The notes under the pieces were generated by a model that did not search any database, was not told the origin of the DNA, and saw only the letters and a list, made by a program, of their open reading frames with translations. Below are positions 20,098-30,170 of a stretch of DNA of 64,000 nt, in pieces. The DNA comes from Clostridiaceae bacterium. GTDB lineage: Bacteria; Bacillota; Clostridia; CAYPLH01; DUMO01. Location: the NCBI GenBank assembly GCA_012839865.1, contig DUMO01000041.1, positions 4,883-68,882 of the forward strand. The letters are read 5' to 3'. The translations under genes and the position numbers were made by a program. Every line of letters starts with the position of its first letter. Position 1 is the stretch's first letter.

Positions 20098-20271
20098 TCA
20101 GGTCCTGAAAAAAATCAAGTACAGCGGGAATACCAGTGCTGCAAGTGACACAAGCAACACTGCGGCACCTCCGATCCGGTTTTTCTTATTCCAGGTCCAT
20201 ACACCATAACTACTGCTGTAAATAAATATCCATATAAGAATTAATATTGCTGCGATCAGATCAAAACTCAT
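20098..20271 (-). CDS. Small two-TM membrane protein (57 aa) at the end of the ger operon; possible receptor D subunit
   Basis: Not in the ORF track. RBS GGGGAG; MSFDLIAAILILIWIFIYSSSYGVWTWNKKNRIGGAAVLLVSLAALVFPLYLIFFRT; starts 36 bp after the gerC stop. Confidence 0.75.
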   Translation of the reverse strand: MSFDLIAAILILIWIFIYSSSYGVWTWNKKNRIGGAAVLLVSLAALVFPLYLIFFRT

Positions 20272-20307
20272 AGGCACTTCTCCCCTTTTTACAAAACTTC
20301 ACTTTGG

Positions 20308-21597
20308 CTAATTCTCAAATTGAGCCGTCCTCAAAATGAGCCCGGGTCTTCTTATTTTCAAATCAACTTCAATATCAAATTGGGCATTTGGATATTTGTC
20401 GTGCCATGAAAACTCATCCCACTCTTTTTGGGTAAGAAACTTCCACTTCATACTTTTCCCAAATCCAAAAATGTCTGATTTAAATACTTTTGTTGTTTTT
20501 TCCAGCAAGCGGACTATGTCTTTTTTAAAAAATTCTTCTGATGCTGTTTCGAGCTCTTCCACCTTTTCCGGGTCTTCATAATTGATTCCGCTCTGTATGG
20601 ATAAAATATCAGCCTCCAGCATTATTTTTACACTTATTTTCGGGGTATCTCCTTCCATAACCACATTATGCCTTGGTTTTCTGCTTTGCTTGACATTAAG
20701 CAGTACGAATTTATTCTCTACAACCGGGTCTGGTACTGTAACATATGAATAATCATATTCACCGGTCAGCATAAGATAATATCTTGTTTCAGCTCCATCC
20801 ATCATTCCAACCATTTTAGCGCCGTCAAAAACAGCCAGACCCATTGCACTTGTTTTATTTTTATATTCCTTTGGAATGTTTCCTGCTGCAAAATCTCCTC
20901 CAAAATAATTCTCTCTTCCTTTTTCTTTATAATTTGTGTTTTCTTTGCTATAGTCATCAAGTTTTTCTATCCTGTCAACCCCAACCAGGATTGCTACAGG
21001 ATTTATGCTCTTCGATTTTGCCCTGCTGATAAATTGAATAAGCTGGGTATTGGCTGTAAAAGATGTATACCTGTGACTGGCAAAGGTCTCCTCATAAAAC
21101 TTGGATGGGCTAATATCCAGAACAAAATTTACATTTTTCAAATATTCCTCTGCACTGCCATCACAAACACAAATATACATGGTATTTCTAAACTCTCTTC
21201 CCCGGTGTATTGCATTTATATACATCCCCATATTCTCTTTGGCCAGCTCACTTGAGATAATCAACACTTTGGTATGGGAAAGGTTTAATTGCTTGCTTAC
21301 ATAAGTGTTAACGATGTTAAAACCGGAATATACTGTAGGCGATTCAATGGTAGTGATTGTTACTGATTTTGGATGTTTTTCCTTCCCTTCACCACTTTCA
21401 CCGCTGCTACCACCGCCTTCCTGGCCAAAGGCTGAGGGAACTGCTATTTGAAAAGTCATTCTCAAAAAATTTGTTTTTCCCTTGTCAAGGCCAAATGCTA
21501 TTACGAATGCCTGATCGTCTATTTCAGCCCTGTCATAGCAGCTTGACAGAAAGCAGCACAGCATGAAAATTAAAATTAATAGAAAAAGTTTTTTCAA
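20308..21597 (-). CDS. Ger(x)C-family spore germination lipoprotein
   Basis: Lipobox LSSC-YDRAEID; LNLSHTKVLI; SDIFGFG. Start set to TTG 21597 after GAAAGG. Confidence 0.92.
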   Translation of the reverse strand: MKKLFLLILIFMLCCFLSSCYDRAEIDDQAFVIAFGLDKGKTNFLRMTFQIAVPSAFGQEGGGSSGESGEGKEKHPKSVTITTIESPTVYSGFNIVNTYVSKQLNLSHTKVLIISSELAKENMGMYINAIHRGREFRNTMYICVCDGSAEEYLKNVNFVLDISPSKFYEETFASHRYTSFTANTQLIQFISRAKSKSINPVAILVGVDRIEKLDDYSKENTNYKEKGRENYFGGDFAAGNIPKEYKNKTSAMGLAVFDGAKMVGMMDGAETRYYLMLTGEYDYSYVTVPDPVVENKFVLLNVKQSRKPRHNVVMEGDTPKISVKIMLEADILSIQSGINYEDPEKVEELETASEEFFKKDIVRLLEKTTKVFKSDIFGFGKSMKWKFLTQKEWDEFSWHDKYPNAQFDIEVDLKIRRPGLILRTAQFEN

Positions 21598-21604
21598 CTG
21601 CCTT

Positions 21605-22696
21605 TCACTCCTTTTTTCCTTTACGCTTTTTAATGCCTGCTGCAATGAAAACCAATGTGGTGAAAGCAAAACTTATCAGCCAGCCCCAGTTTAAAAAATA
21701 AACAGTGTCTAGCTTTATTGCCGACATAAGGTTGGGAGGAGTCAGACTTAATGAAAAAATTATTACTGCAAATGGCATTATCAATGGTTTATAATACTCA
21801 AGTTTTAATGTTTTCTTGAAAGTATAAAGCAGCATGAAGAAGCCGAAACTTAAATAAAGCATTGCTGCAAAAGACCACATTAGCAGAAATACAGATTCTC
21901 CTCTTTGAAGAAACCGTCCGTAATTTATTAACCGCGACAGTTGAAAAATCGGCAGAAAGCTCTCTGTAGAAGTAGGATATTCAAAAACTAAAAGAAATAC
22001 AAGGGTGGATAAAAAAAGAAAACTTCCTGCAAAAACAAATCCTATATATGATGATTTTCTGAAATTATTGAACTTTTTCAGAAAGGGCGGCAGCATGAAA
22101 AAAATTATTATCTCAGAAAAATACGATAACTTAGGTAAACCTCCAATAAATATTTCCTGCAAACCGGTTCCAAACCATGGCATCAATTTGGAAAAATCGT
22201 ACAATTGGCCTACTAAAACTAAAATCAATATAAATCCTGCGGAAATAACAGGAACAGCAATTGCATTTACCCTTGTAATTGCTTCAAGACCAAAGTAAGC
22301 TGCAAGGATCATCGTACCCAGAAAAAACAGGGTAACAAAACTTATAGGAGAAATCACAAGGCTTATTATTTTCATATTTTCACTAAACTCTCTTAAATTT
22401 ACAGGAATGAAATAAATTAAAAAACTAATGATTACGACACCAGTGATAATTCTTCCTGGAGCTCCTCCAATCAACTCCCCCAGGTCTATAAGATCCATTC
22501 CGTAATTTTTTTTATATAATCTGAGCATGAACGTAAAAATCACAAATGCCAGCAAGGATGTATAAGCCGAAAGAATCCAGCCTGCTGAGCCTGCACTTTC
22601 AGACATTACTCTTGGATAATTCAGAAAAATTTTCGTGCAAAAACTCATAATTACCAAGGCACTCAATTCCCAATTCCCTATGCTAATTTTCTCCAT
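21605..22696 (-). CDS. GerAB-family spore germination membrane protein
   Basis: About 10 TM segments; FGLEAITR; FLQRGES; between the GerA and GerC genes. Confidence 0.9.
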   Translation of the reverse strand: MEKISIGNWELSALVIMSFCTKIFLNYPRVMSESAGSAGWILSAYTSLLAFVIFTFMLRLYKKNYGMDLIDLGELIGGAPGRIITGVVIISFLIYFIPVNLREFSENMKIISLVISPISFVTLFFLGTMILAAYFGLEAITRVNAIAVPVISAGFILILVLVGQLYDFSKLMPWFGTGLQEIFIGGLPKLSYFSEIIIFFMLPPFLKKFNNFRKSSYIGFVFAGSFLFLSTLVFLLVFEYPTSTESFLPIFQLSRLINYGRFLQRGESVFLLMWSFAAMLYLSFGFFMLLYTFKKTLKLEYYKPLIMPFAVIIFSLSLTPPNLMSAIKLDTVYFLNWGWLISFAFTTLVFIAAGIKKRKGKKE

Positions 22697-22717
22697 TTTT
22701 CCTCAACACCTTAGATT

Positions 22718-24547
22718 CTAGTTTTCTTCCTCATTTATTTTCCACTGCCGGCTTATTTCCTGTTGCGAGTTTTTTGATTTGACATTCAAATCGTCAGGTC
22801 TTCTGTTTTGCTTCCATGTAGGATTTCTAAATATATTGCCTTTATTAACGTCAGCAGTTGTGGGGCCATAAGGTACTAAAACAGGTACCCCGAATGACTT
22901 GGCCTTTGCAATCCACAAAAACATTATAAACAAGCCAAAAGATATTCCCAAAAAACCGGCTGTTGCTCCTAAGGCTATATAAGCAAACCTTTGCAGTCTG
23001 AAGGAATAAGCCAGGGAAAAATTCGGTATTGCAAAAGAACCGATTCCGGTCACAGCTACTATGATTATCAGTATGGGACTTACTATATTTGCCGATACGG
23101 CAGCCTGTCCCAGTATCAAGGCTCCAACGATACCCAAAGTCGGGCCTATGGGGCCAGGTATTCTTATACCAGCTTCTCTTATTAGTTCAAATGAAACCTC
23201 CATTATAAGGAGCTCAAACACCGAAGGAAATGGCACTTTTTCCCTGGATGCCTCTATGGCAAGCAACAAGTCGGTAGGTATCATCTCATGATGGTAATTG
23301 GTAATTGCTATATAAATCCCGGGCAGCAACAGAGTAAGAAAAATTGCGAATAATCTTACAACCCTCAGCAAATTTGCATATGGAAATCTTACATATTCAT
23401 CTTCAGTAGCATGAAAAAGATTCCACATAGTAGCCGGAACAACCAATGCAAAGGGACTGCCGCTGACGATTATGGCAATCCTGCCATTTGCCAGGTACCG
23501 GGATACCCTATCCGGTCTTTCGGTATATATAACCTGCGGAGTGGGCAGGTAGGTACTGTCCTCTATCAACTGCTCTAGCTCCCCTGAGTCAATCAGGTGG
23601 TCAATTTTGACACCTTTTAAACGTCTCCTGACTTCCTGAACCAGTGAATCATTTACTATATCCTTGATATATAGCATGGAACACGGTGTCTTGCTTCTTT
23701 CTCCAATAAGAATATCTTCAACAATCAATTTCTCATCTTTCAATATTTTCCTTATAAGAGCAGTGTTTATCCTTAGTATTTCACCAAAACCCTCCTGGGG
23801 TCCCTGTATTACCAATTCTGCATTAGGCCTCTCAATACCCCTGTGTTCCCATCCCTTGGCATCAGCCACAAACACTTTGTCAACTCCATCGATGAATATG
23901 GCACAGCAGCCATAGTTTATACCAAATATCACCTTTTCGTAGCTTTCCTCCAACAGCATCTGGCTCTGTGGCAGAATATGTTTCTGGACATAATCGGCAA
24001 TATCATCTTCCTTGCCTTTTATTTCAATGTTTGAAAGTAACATAAGGGGTTTTAGTATTGATTCATTTACCAGCATCCTGTCAACCAGCCCGTCAAAAAA
24101 TATGCTGAAGGCCGGTATTGTTTTATCTTTGAAAGCAATTTCAAATTCTCTTATTACTACGTCCCCGTTAAGTGGAACATTGTATACTTTTCTCATATAT
24201 TCAAGGTTTCTTGCAACGTCTTTGCTTATACTTGTTTTTCTTTTTATGCTTTCTGGATCTTTGCTTTCTTTTTTGACATCAGATTCATTTTTTTCACTGT
24301 TGTCAGCATTGCTGTCATACCCATAGCAGGCGGTATCCTCTCTCTCAGGAGTAAAGAGTTTTTTTATTACCCCCTTGCTTTTTCTTACTTTTTCCGTCTT
24401 TTCTCTTTTTTCACCGGATCCATCTTTTACTGCATCATTGCAGCTCTCATTACCTTCATCTTTACCTTCTTCCAGCACAAAATCGTCGGGTTTATCCGGC
24501 TCGGTAAAAAAAAGGTACTCCTTGAGTGTTTTCCTTAATAAAGCCAA
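22718..24547 (-). CDS. GerAA-family spore germination protein
   Basis: GPQEGF, TERPDR, REKVPFP, ELIREAGIRIP, IVGALILGQAAV, SFGVP. Confidence 0.95.
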   Translation of the reverse strand: MALLRKTLKEYLFFTEPDKPDDFVLEEGKDEGNESCNDAVKDGSGEKREKTEKVRKSKGVIKKLFTPEREDTACYGYDSNADNSEKNESDVKKESKDPESIKRKTSISKDVARNLEYMRKVYNVPLNGDVVIREFEIAFKDKTIPAFSIFFDGLVDRMLVNESILKPLMLLSNIEIKGKEDDIADYVQKHILPQSQMLLEESYEKVIFGINYGCCAIFIDGVDKVFVADAKGWEHRGIERPNAELVIQGPQEGFGEILRINTALIRKILKDEKLIVEDILIGERSKTPCSMLYIKDIVNDSLVQEVRRRLKGVKIDHLIDSGELEQLIEDSTYLPTPQVIYTERPDRVSRYLANGRIAIIVSGSPFALVVPATMWNLFHATEDEYVRFPYANLLRVVRLFAIFLTLLLPGIYIAITNYHHEMIPTDLLLAIEASREKVPFPSVFELLIMEVSFELIREAGIRIPGPIGPTLGIVGALILGQAAVSANIVSPILIIIVAVTGIGSFAIPNFSLAYSFRLQRFAYIALGATAGFLGISFGLFIMFLWIAKAKSFGVPVLVPYGPTTADVNKGNIFRNPTWKQNRRPDDLNVKSKNSQQEISRQWKINEEEN

Positions 24548-24618
24548 ACTGCTTCACTCCTTAAATTGAATGGTAAATTTCCCGGGAAAGACACAACTTG
24601 TCTTTGGCGCCATAATCA

Positions 24619-24648
24619 TATTATGGATTTGACAATATGGAAATATTC
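24619..24648 (-). promoter_or_regulatory. Sigma-G-type promoter of the ger operon
   Basis: Minus strand GAATA-N18-CATAATA fits the forespore sigma-G consensus. Confidence 0.65.
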
Positions 24649-24684
24649 ATGAGTTTTGGCTGTTATATAAAGCGAAATCATATG

Positions 24685-25452
24685 TTAAAACTGAAAATCT
24701 ATATTCCCATCCCCAATTTTTACCAGGTATACATCCCAGGACCTGTATCCCAAAAGTTTCGCAAACCTCTTGTCAAAAACAGCAAAATCAAACCTGTTGC
24801 GCCCCTTTATTGCTTCTCCGGTGTCCATGGCAACCCCGTAACCCAGCCCTTTTATAAAAAAAATGGTTCCGATAGGCCAGTGTTCCAGGTCAACAGCCAG
24901 GGATATGCCTGCCATTATTGGTTCCCCAGAATAAGTTATTCCGAGATTGTTGCCACATTCATCTTCACTGGGGGTGTAGGCTGTACCAATAAATCTGCCT
25001 ACATATTCACCACGCTCAAGCTCAGTTCTTATGGAAAACCCGCTGAATTTTTTATAGTTCTGCGGTTTAATGCCTGCTTCTGCAGCCAGTTTTAATGTAT
25101 TTTGCAGTTCAATATTGTCTTCAACAAGCTCCCTGTTCTTTTGAACCATTTGATTTATCTCTTCTTCCAATGAGTTTATTTTTTTTATCAATACGTCTCT
25201 TTCCATCAAATAAGCATTGCTTGATGTTGCTGTATTTTCATAATTTTCTTTTTCATTGCACCCAAATGTTAAAAGATAAAGTAAAATGACATTGCTTGCA
25301 GAAAGTAAAAATACCAGTATATACAGGACTTGGCGTAAGATTTTATTACTTTTTTGCGTATTACTTTCATCTTCAGTCATACTGATTCTCCTTATCTCTT
25401 TATTATGGATAATAAAATTATTATCTTTTTTTTGTACATTATTCATTGTCAA
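24685..25452 (-). CDS. Membrane-anchored coiled-coil protein with C-terminal 3D domain
   Basis: TM, coiled coil, then TAYT, LAVD, AMDTGEAIKG..FDF. Start uncertain. Confidence 0.85.
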   Translation of the reverse strand: MTMNNVQKKDNNFIIHNKEIRRISMTEDESNTQKSNKILRQVLYILVFLLSASNVILLYLLTFGCNEKENYENTATSSNAYLMERDVLIKKINSLEEEINQMVQKNRELVEDNIELQNTLKLAAEAGIKPQNYKKFSGFSIRTELERGEYVGRFIGTAYTPSEDECGNNLGITYSGEPIMAGISLAVDLEHWPIGTIFFIKGLGYGVAMDTGEAIKGRNRFDFAVFDKRFAKLLGYRSWDVYLVKIGDGNIDFQF

Positions 25453-25571
25453 TTTTTTCAGGATAATGCCAATTCGATTTTACAGCGCTTGTAATTACAT
25501 TCACACATCAGCAATTTTTGAATTTTATATTTACATATTAAATGTTCTGTGCTATAATTATAAATCGTTGC

Positions 25572-25649
25572 CGGGGTGTAGCTCAGTTTGGCTAGAGTGC
25601 TTGCTTGGGGTGCAAGAGGTCGCTGGTTCAAGTCCAGTCACTCCGACCA
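25572..25649 (+). tRNA. tRNA-Pro (GGG)
   Basis: CGGGGTG/CACTCCG acceptor; anticodon arm CTTGC-TTGGGGT-GCAAG; CCA end. Confidence 0.97.
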
Positions 25650-25650
25650 G

Positions 25651-25687
25651 AAAAAAGCCTTGAAATCCAGTAATTTCAAGGCTTTTT
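25651..25687 (+). terminator. Terminator hairpin after tRNA-Pro
   Basis: aaaaagccttgaaat / atttcaaggcttttt. Confidence 0.75.
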
Positions 25688-25763
25688 AGTTTTTTAGCGT
25701 ATGGTAAAAACTGGTGTTTAATCCTCTCTAATTACATCAAAAACCGCCTAAAATTGCCCTAAT

Positions 25764-26013
25764 TGTTGTCAAACTGTTGTCAACCACCCTATTCTGAAAT
25801 GCAGTAATAGCAGTAGTTTTCACACATTCTATTATAAAAATTGTTGTCAGTACTAATGTATATTTATTTTAACTATTCAGAAATTCGTATATGTTACATG
25901 AGATAACATGTACGGAGGTAATCAAAGTGACAGATATGATAACCAGTGTTGAACAACTACCGTTATCACTGACTGTTGATGTTCATCAAAACAGATCAAT
26001 TACCGGTTTTTAA
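25764..26013 (+). mobile_element. Relic of an integrative element at tRNA-Pro: arm-type repeats plus truncated excisionase-like ORF
   Basis: TGTTGTCAA x2 (25764, 25775) and TGTTGTCA (25842). RBS GGAGGT plus ORF 25927-26013, MTDMITSVEQLPLSLTVD..., which stops before an HTH. Confidence 0.5.
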
Positions 26014-26057
26014 GCCGGATATCACATTTTCATAATATTTTCATTTACACGCAAAAC

Positions 26058-26225
26058 TTATTTGGCTCGTCTTCCGGTTACAATTATATATACTGCATAT
26101 GCAGCCAATACAAGTATTGCAATTGGCAATAATACTCTGAATGCGAATTGCAAAATTGAAACAGCTATAGCGAACAATACAATAACCGTCACTGCTAAGA
26201 CTGAAAATTTTATCAGACCTCTCAT
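26058..26225 (-). CDS. Small hydrophobic membrane protein (55 aa)
   Basis: Different frame from the track ORF 26041-26232. RBS AAGGAGAG 8 nt upstream; MRGLIKFSVLAVTVIVLFAIAVSILQFAFRVLLPIAILVLAAYAVYIIVTGRRAK. Confidence 0.75.
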   Translation of the reverse strand: MRGLIKFSVLAVTVIVLFAIAVSILQFAFRVLLPIAILVLAAYAVYIIVTGRRAK

Positions 26226-26430
26226 GGAACATACTCTCCTTTAATAAAGTAATTATCTTTAATAATTGTATAATAAATATTAAGCAAGGTCTAGTATAAA
26301 ATTTATTTTTTTTATATTTTTATTAATTAAATTCATTAACATGTTTTTGTCGGTAAAAAACATGCCAGTTTTTACCTGCTGTTTGCATTGCACTTATGCT
26401 TGTACAGACGAAAATCGAATTGCTTTGGTT

Positions 26431-27702
26431 TCAACTTTTTGGGTGTACTTTTTGCTGGTGAACAAACAAGCCTTGTCCGGCTCGCGCCGCAATTTCCTTT
26501 ATCGCCGTTGCAACAGCATCAACATCCTCAATTGTATTAAAGCATCCCAAACTTAATCGTACAACCCCATTTTTAATTGTACCGATGGTTTCATGAGCCA
26601 GTGGAGAACAATGAAAACCAGCCCTGGTGGCAATTCCATATTCATTACTAAGAATATAGCCCGTTTCCGTGGAATCAAGACCATCTATATTTAATGCGAC
26701 AATGCCTGAATTGTTGTCCAATTTGCTGTATATTGATACACCTTTAATTTCAATCAAGGCATTATAAAGTCTTTCAAGGAGCATATCCTTGTAAAGCTTT
26801 ATATTATCAATTCCAAAGGTATTTATAAAATCCAGACCGTATCCCAGACCGACTATGCCCGGTGTATTCAAAGTTCCGCTTTCAAGGATGTCCGGCATCA
26901 TATCCGGTTGAAGCAGATATTTCGAATTGCTGCCTGTCCCTCCCTGCATTAATGGCTTCAATCTGATGTTTTTCCTTATACATAAAGCTCCTGTGCCCTG
27001 TGGTCCAAGCAAGCCCTTATGCCCCGGAAAAGCCAGCATGTCAATATTCATCTTTTCCATATCCAAAGGTATTGTACCTGCACCCTGGGAAGCATCCACC
27101 AGGTAAAAAGCATCAGTATTATTTACAACTTCACCGATTTCCTTTACAGGCAGAATTGTTCCGTTAACATTGGATGACAAAGTTACGGCAACCAGCCTTG
27201 TCTTAGGCTTTATTATGTTTTTTATGCATTCAGGAGTAATTTCTCCAAATTTATTACCCCATGCAATGGATATATCTATTCCAATATCCCTTTTAAGTGT
27301 GTTTAGAGGCCTTAATACCGAATTGTGTTCCAAGCTGGTAATAACAACATGGTCTCCTGGCTCCAGCACTCCCCTTATGGCTATATTCAAAGCCTCGGTG
27401 GCGTTTTTTGTAAAACATACCCGGGACGGACTTCCCACATTAAAAAAATCACTTATTTTTTCCCTTACCTCCATAACCATGTTATTAGTCCTGACGGCTA
27501 TGGTATGGCTGCTTCTCCCGGGGTTTGCACAGTATTGCCGCATACACCTTGCAATTTCATCAATGACTCTGTCTGGTTTTGGGAAAGATGTTGCTGCATT
27601 ATCAAGATATATTAACGAACCGGAATTTCGATTTGGTTTGTTTATTAAATCATACATTTTTACATCACTGCCAATAATCATTATTTTCTTGGTTATTAAC
27701 AT
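26431..27702 (-). CDS. Cysteine desulfurase-family class V aminotransferase
   Basis: IYLDNAATS, VDASQ, FPGHKGLLGPQG, ESGT, RAGFHCS. The true start may be downstream (about 27657). Confidence 0.92.
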   Translation of the reverse strand: MLITKKIMIIGSDVKMYDLINKPNRNSGSLIYLDNAATSFPKPDRVIDEIARCMRQYCANPGRSSHTIAVRTNNMVMEVREKISDFFNVGSPSRVCFTKNATEALNIAIRGVLEPGDHVVITSLEHNSVLRPLNTLKRDIGIDISIAWGNKFGEITPECIKNIIKPKTRLVAVTLSSNVNGTILPVKEIGEVVNNTDAFYLVDASQGAGTIPLDMEKMNIDMLAFPGHKGLLGPQGTGALCIRKNIRLKPLMQGGTGSNSKYLLQPDMMPDILESGTLNTPGIVGLGYGLDFINTFGIDNIKLYKDMLLERLYNALIEIKGVSIYSKLDNNSGIVALNIDGLDSTETGYILSNEYGIATRAGFHCSPLAHETIGTIKNGVVRLSLGCFNTIEDVDAVATAIKEIAARAGQGLFVHQQKVHPKS

Positions 27703-27869
27703 TTTTTATACTGCTATAACAAGGGAGCAGCAGCTACCTGACAATCTCTGCTGCCACCTGCCATCCCTTAGCTATAATATGCGCCAAATAGGGTAAAGTT
27801 TACAATTTATGGCTGCTGCAAAACTCCTGAAGGTTTTTGCCGAACAGTAAACAAAAAGTCATTAATGCA

Positions 27870-27899
27870 AAAGCACCTGCCTTGAAAGCAGGTGCTTTT
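27870..27899 (-). terminator. Terminator after rnpB
   Basis: aaaagcacctgc-cttgaaa-gcaggtgctttt. Confidence 0.75.
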
Positions 27900-27910
27900 G
27901 ATATCATTTA

Positions 27911-28251
27911 TGAGTAAGCCTGTAAGCCGGGTTCTGTATTTGACAGCCATCTATCTAGGCTATGCATTTCTGCAAAGCTCAAGCCACCTACCCGGGACTG
28001 GCGGGCCACCAAAATGTCCCTCTTTGCGGTGTTGCTCCAGGTGGGGTTTACATAGCCGGCAAGTCGCCATGCCGCTGGTGAGCTCTTACCTCACCTTTCC
28101 ACCCTTACCGGTAAAACCGGCGGTATATCTCTGTTGCACTTTCCTTAAAGTCACCTTCACCGGGAGTTACCCGGCACCCTGCCCTATGGAGCCCGGACTT
28201 TCCTCATGTACGGCCTTTCGGCACTGTACATGCAGCTGTCTGGCTTACTCA
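27911..28251 (-). ncRNA. rnpB: RNase P RNA (bacterial, type A-like)
   Basis: Minus strand GAGGAAAGTCCGGGCTCC...GGAAAGTGCAACAGA...ACAGAACCCGGCTTA; terminal P1 GAGTAAGCC/GGCTTACTC. Confidence 0.97.
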
Positions 28252-28286
28252 AGCGCTATATATGTTACAACATAACCGCGGAAATG

Positions 28287-29390
28287 TCAACAGTATTCCG
28301 CAGGATTGTTTTCCCACTCGCTTTTTAATATTTCTATGTCATCAAATTTATTTTTAAGCTTGTTGCAGATTAATTCTTTAACTATTATCTCGGTGGCGTA
28401 ATGTCCTGCATCTATTATGCAATAACCCATTTCAGCCAAATCAATCGCATTATTATGTTTTATATCCCCTGTTATCAGCACGTCAGGTTTCTCCCGGTGC
28501 AACCCGGAGCAGTTGCCATCAAAACTACCCGAAAACACAGCAGCCTTACTGACTATTTCAGGTTTTTCACCGATTACCTTAACTGCATCCAAATCAAGGG
28601 CTTTTTTCAGCCTGGATAAGAAATCATTAAATGTACAGGCAGGTTCAACATATCCTACTTTACCCAGTCCAAACTCACGGCCTTTTATCTCCAGGGGGTA
28701 TATGTCATAAGCAACTTCTTCGTAAGGGTGGGAATTTAACATTGCATTTACAACTTTATTGATTATTCTTTCAGGCACAACAGTTTCAAGCCGGTATTCC
28801 TTAACCTTCTCCAACTCTTCCAAAGACCCGATGTATGGATTTGCTCCCTCCCTTGGCCTGAAAGTGCCTGTTCCCACGGCTGAAAAAGTACAGTCACTGT
28901 ACTTGCCTATCCATCCGGCTCCCGCATTGCACATTGCGTTTCTTACACCATCAAGACTTTCCTCGGGAACAAAAACCACAACTTTATAGAGTTTTTCATT
29001 TTTATATGAATTCAGGTTTTGAATTCTTTTAAGGCCAATATATTCCGCCAGATATTGATTGAGGCCCCCGTCGGACACATCCAGATTCGTATGGGCGCTG
29101 TATACTGCAATATTGTTTTTTATTAATTCATAAAGTATTTTCCCTTTAAATTCATCCTTTAGAATTCTCTTTAACGGTTTAAAAAGCAGGGGATGATGTG
29201 ACACAATCAAATCCACATTTTTTTCAACTGCTTCTTTAACAACCTTTGAAGTAACATCAAGGCAAACCATAATTTTTTTTACAGTATCTGATTTCCCGCC
29301 AATCATCAGGCCTGCATTATCCCACTCCTCGGCTAAAGACAACGGGGCAATCTCATTCATATATTTTGATATATCTTCACAAGTAGCCAT
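28287..29390 (-). CDS. Nif3-like dinuclear metal-centre protein (YqfO type with PII-like insert)
   Basis: WDNAGL, SHHPLLF, AHTNLD, HPYEEVAYD, DAGHYATE; follows trmK. Start ATG 29390 after GGAGG. Confidence 0.93.
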   Translation of the reverse strand: MATCEDISKYMNEIAPLSLAEEWDNAGLMIGGKSDTVKKIMVCLDVTSKVVKEAVEKNVDLIVSHHPLLFKPLKRILKDEFKGKILYELIKNNIAVYSAHTNLDVSDGGLNQYLAEYIGLKRIQNLNSYKNEKLYKVVVFVPEESLDGVRNAMCNAGAGWIGKYSDCTFSAVGTGTFRPREGANPYIGSLEELEKVKEYRLETVVPERIINKVVNAMLNSHPYEEVAYDIYPLEIKGREFGLGKVGYVEPACTFNDFLSRLKKALDLDAVKVIGEKPEIVSKAAVFSGSFDGNCSGLHREKPDVLITGDIKHNNAIDLAEMGYCIIDAGHYATEIIVKELICNKLKNKFDDIEILKSEWENNPAEYC

Positions 29391-29474
29391 AACAAACCTC
29401 CATCTCAACTTGATATTATTTCTTTAAATCACTGCTGCTGCATCTTTAAGGCTGAATGCCGGCAGTATTCCGAA

Positions 29475-30170
29475 TCAATATAATCCCTTTAAAAGATCTT
29501 TCAGCCTTTCCCTTATTTCAATCATCTTTTCGGCTTTTCCAGTATTCTCTGATTCTGATGACATCTTAAGCCCTTCAATCATCATATCCAGTTTGTGTAA
29601 TTTCTTATATATCAAGCCTTTAAGCAGTGGGTCCTTCTTTTCCACCAGCTTTTTTCCTATCGTATAATATATTATATCATCATTTCTGATTTCTCCGGTC
29701 CAACTGGAGCACAAAACAGTATAAATTTTTTTGCCCTCCGATGCCAGTTCTTCATCATATATATCAAAGCCATTGCATAACAGCCATTGACGAACATCAC
29801 TTATCGCCGTCATAGGCTGAAGAATAAGAGATTTTGCTTTTTTAGCCTTTTCGAAATCATCCTGCAATATTTTAATTATTAATTCGCCGCCCATACCTGC
29901 TATAACAACAGTATCTATTTCCGAATCATCTATAGACTCCAGGCCGCTTCCAAGCCTGACATCAATTTTATTTTCAAGTCCGTTCTCTTTTATATTTTTT
30001 TGTGCAATTTTCAAAGGTCCTGGTCGGACATCTGACGCGATAGCTCTTTTGCACCTGTTCTCCTTCACAAGATATATAGGTATATATGCATGGTCGGTTC
30101 CTATATCAACCGCCACATTGCAAACAGGCACTTTTCGGGCAATCAGCTCCAGCCTTCCTTTCAGCTTCAT
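29475..30170 (-). CDS. trmK: tRNA (adenine22-N1)-methyltransferase
   Basis: DIGTDHAYIP, RLGSGL, IAGMGGELI, ILQPM; downstream of sigA. Confidence 0.93.
   Translation of the reverse strand: MKLKGRLELIARKVPVCNVAVDIGTDHAYIPIYLVKENRCKRAIASDVRPGPLKIAQKNIKENGLENKIDVRLGSGLESIDDSEIDTVVIAGMGGELIIKILQDDFEKAKKAKSLILQPMTAISDVRQWLLCNGFDIYDEELASEGKKIYTVLCSSWTGEIRNDDIIYYTIGKKLVEKKDPLLKGLIYKKLHKLDMMIEGLKMSSESENTGKAEKMIEIRERLKDLLKGLY

Noticed and set aside
25286-25663. 125-aa ORF
   Set aside because: Runs antisense to the 3D-domain gene and through tRNA-Pro.
26041-26244. Track ORFs 26041-26232 (Cys-rich) and 26062-26244
   Set aside because: Alternate-frame and antisense shadows of the 55-aa membrane ORF. 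The Cys richness comes from off-frame reading of Val/Ala/Leu codons, not a RiPP.
27892-28275. 127-aa ORF
   Set aside because: Antisense to RNase P RNA.
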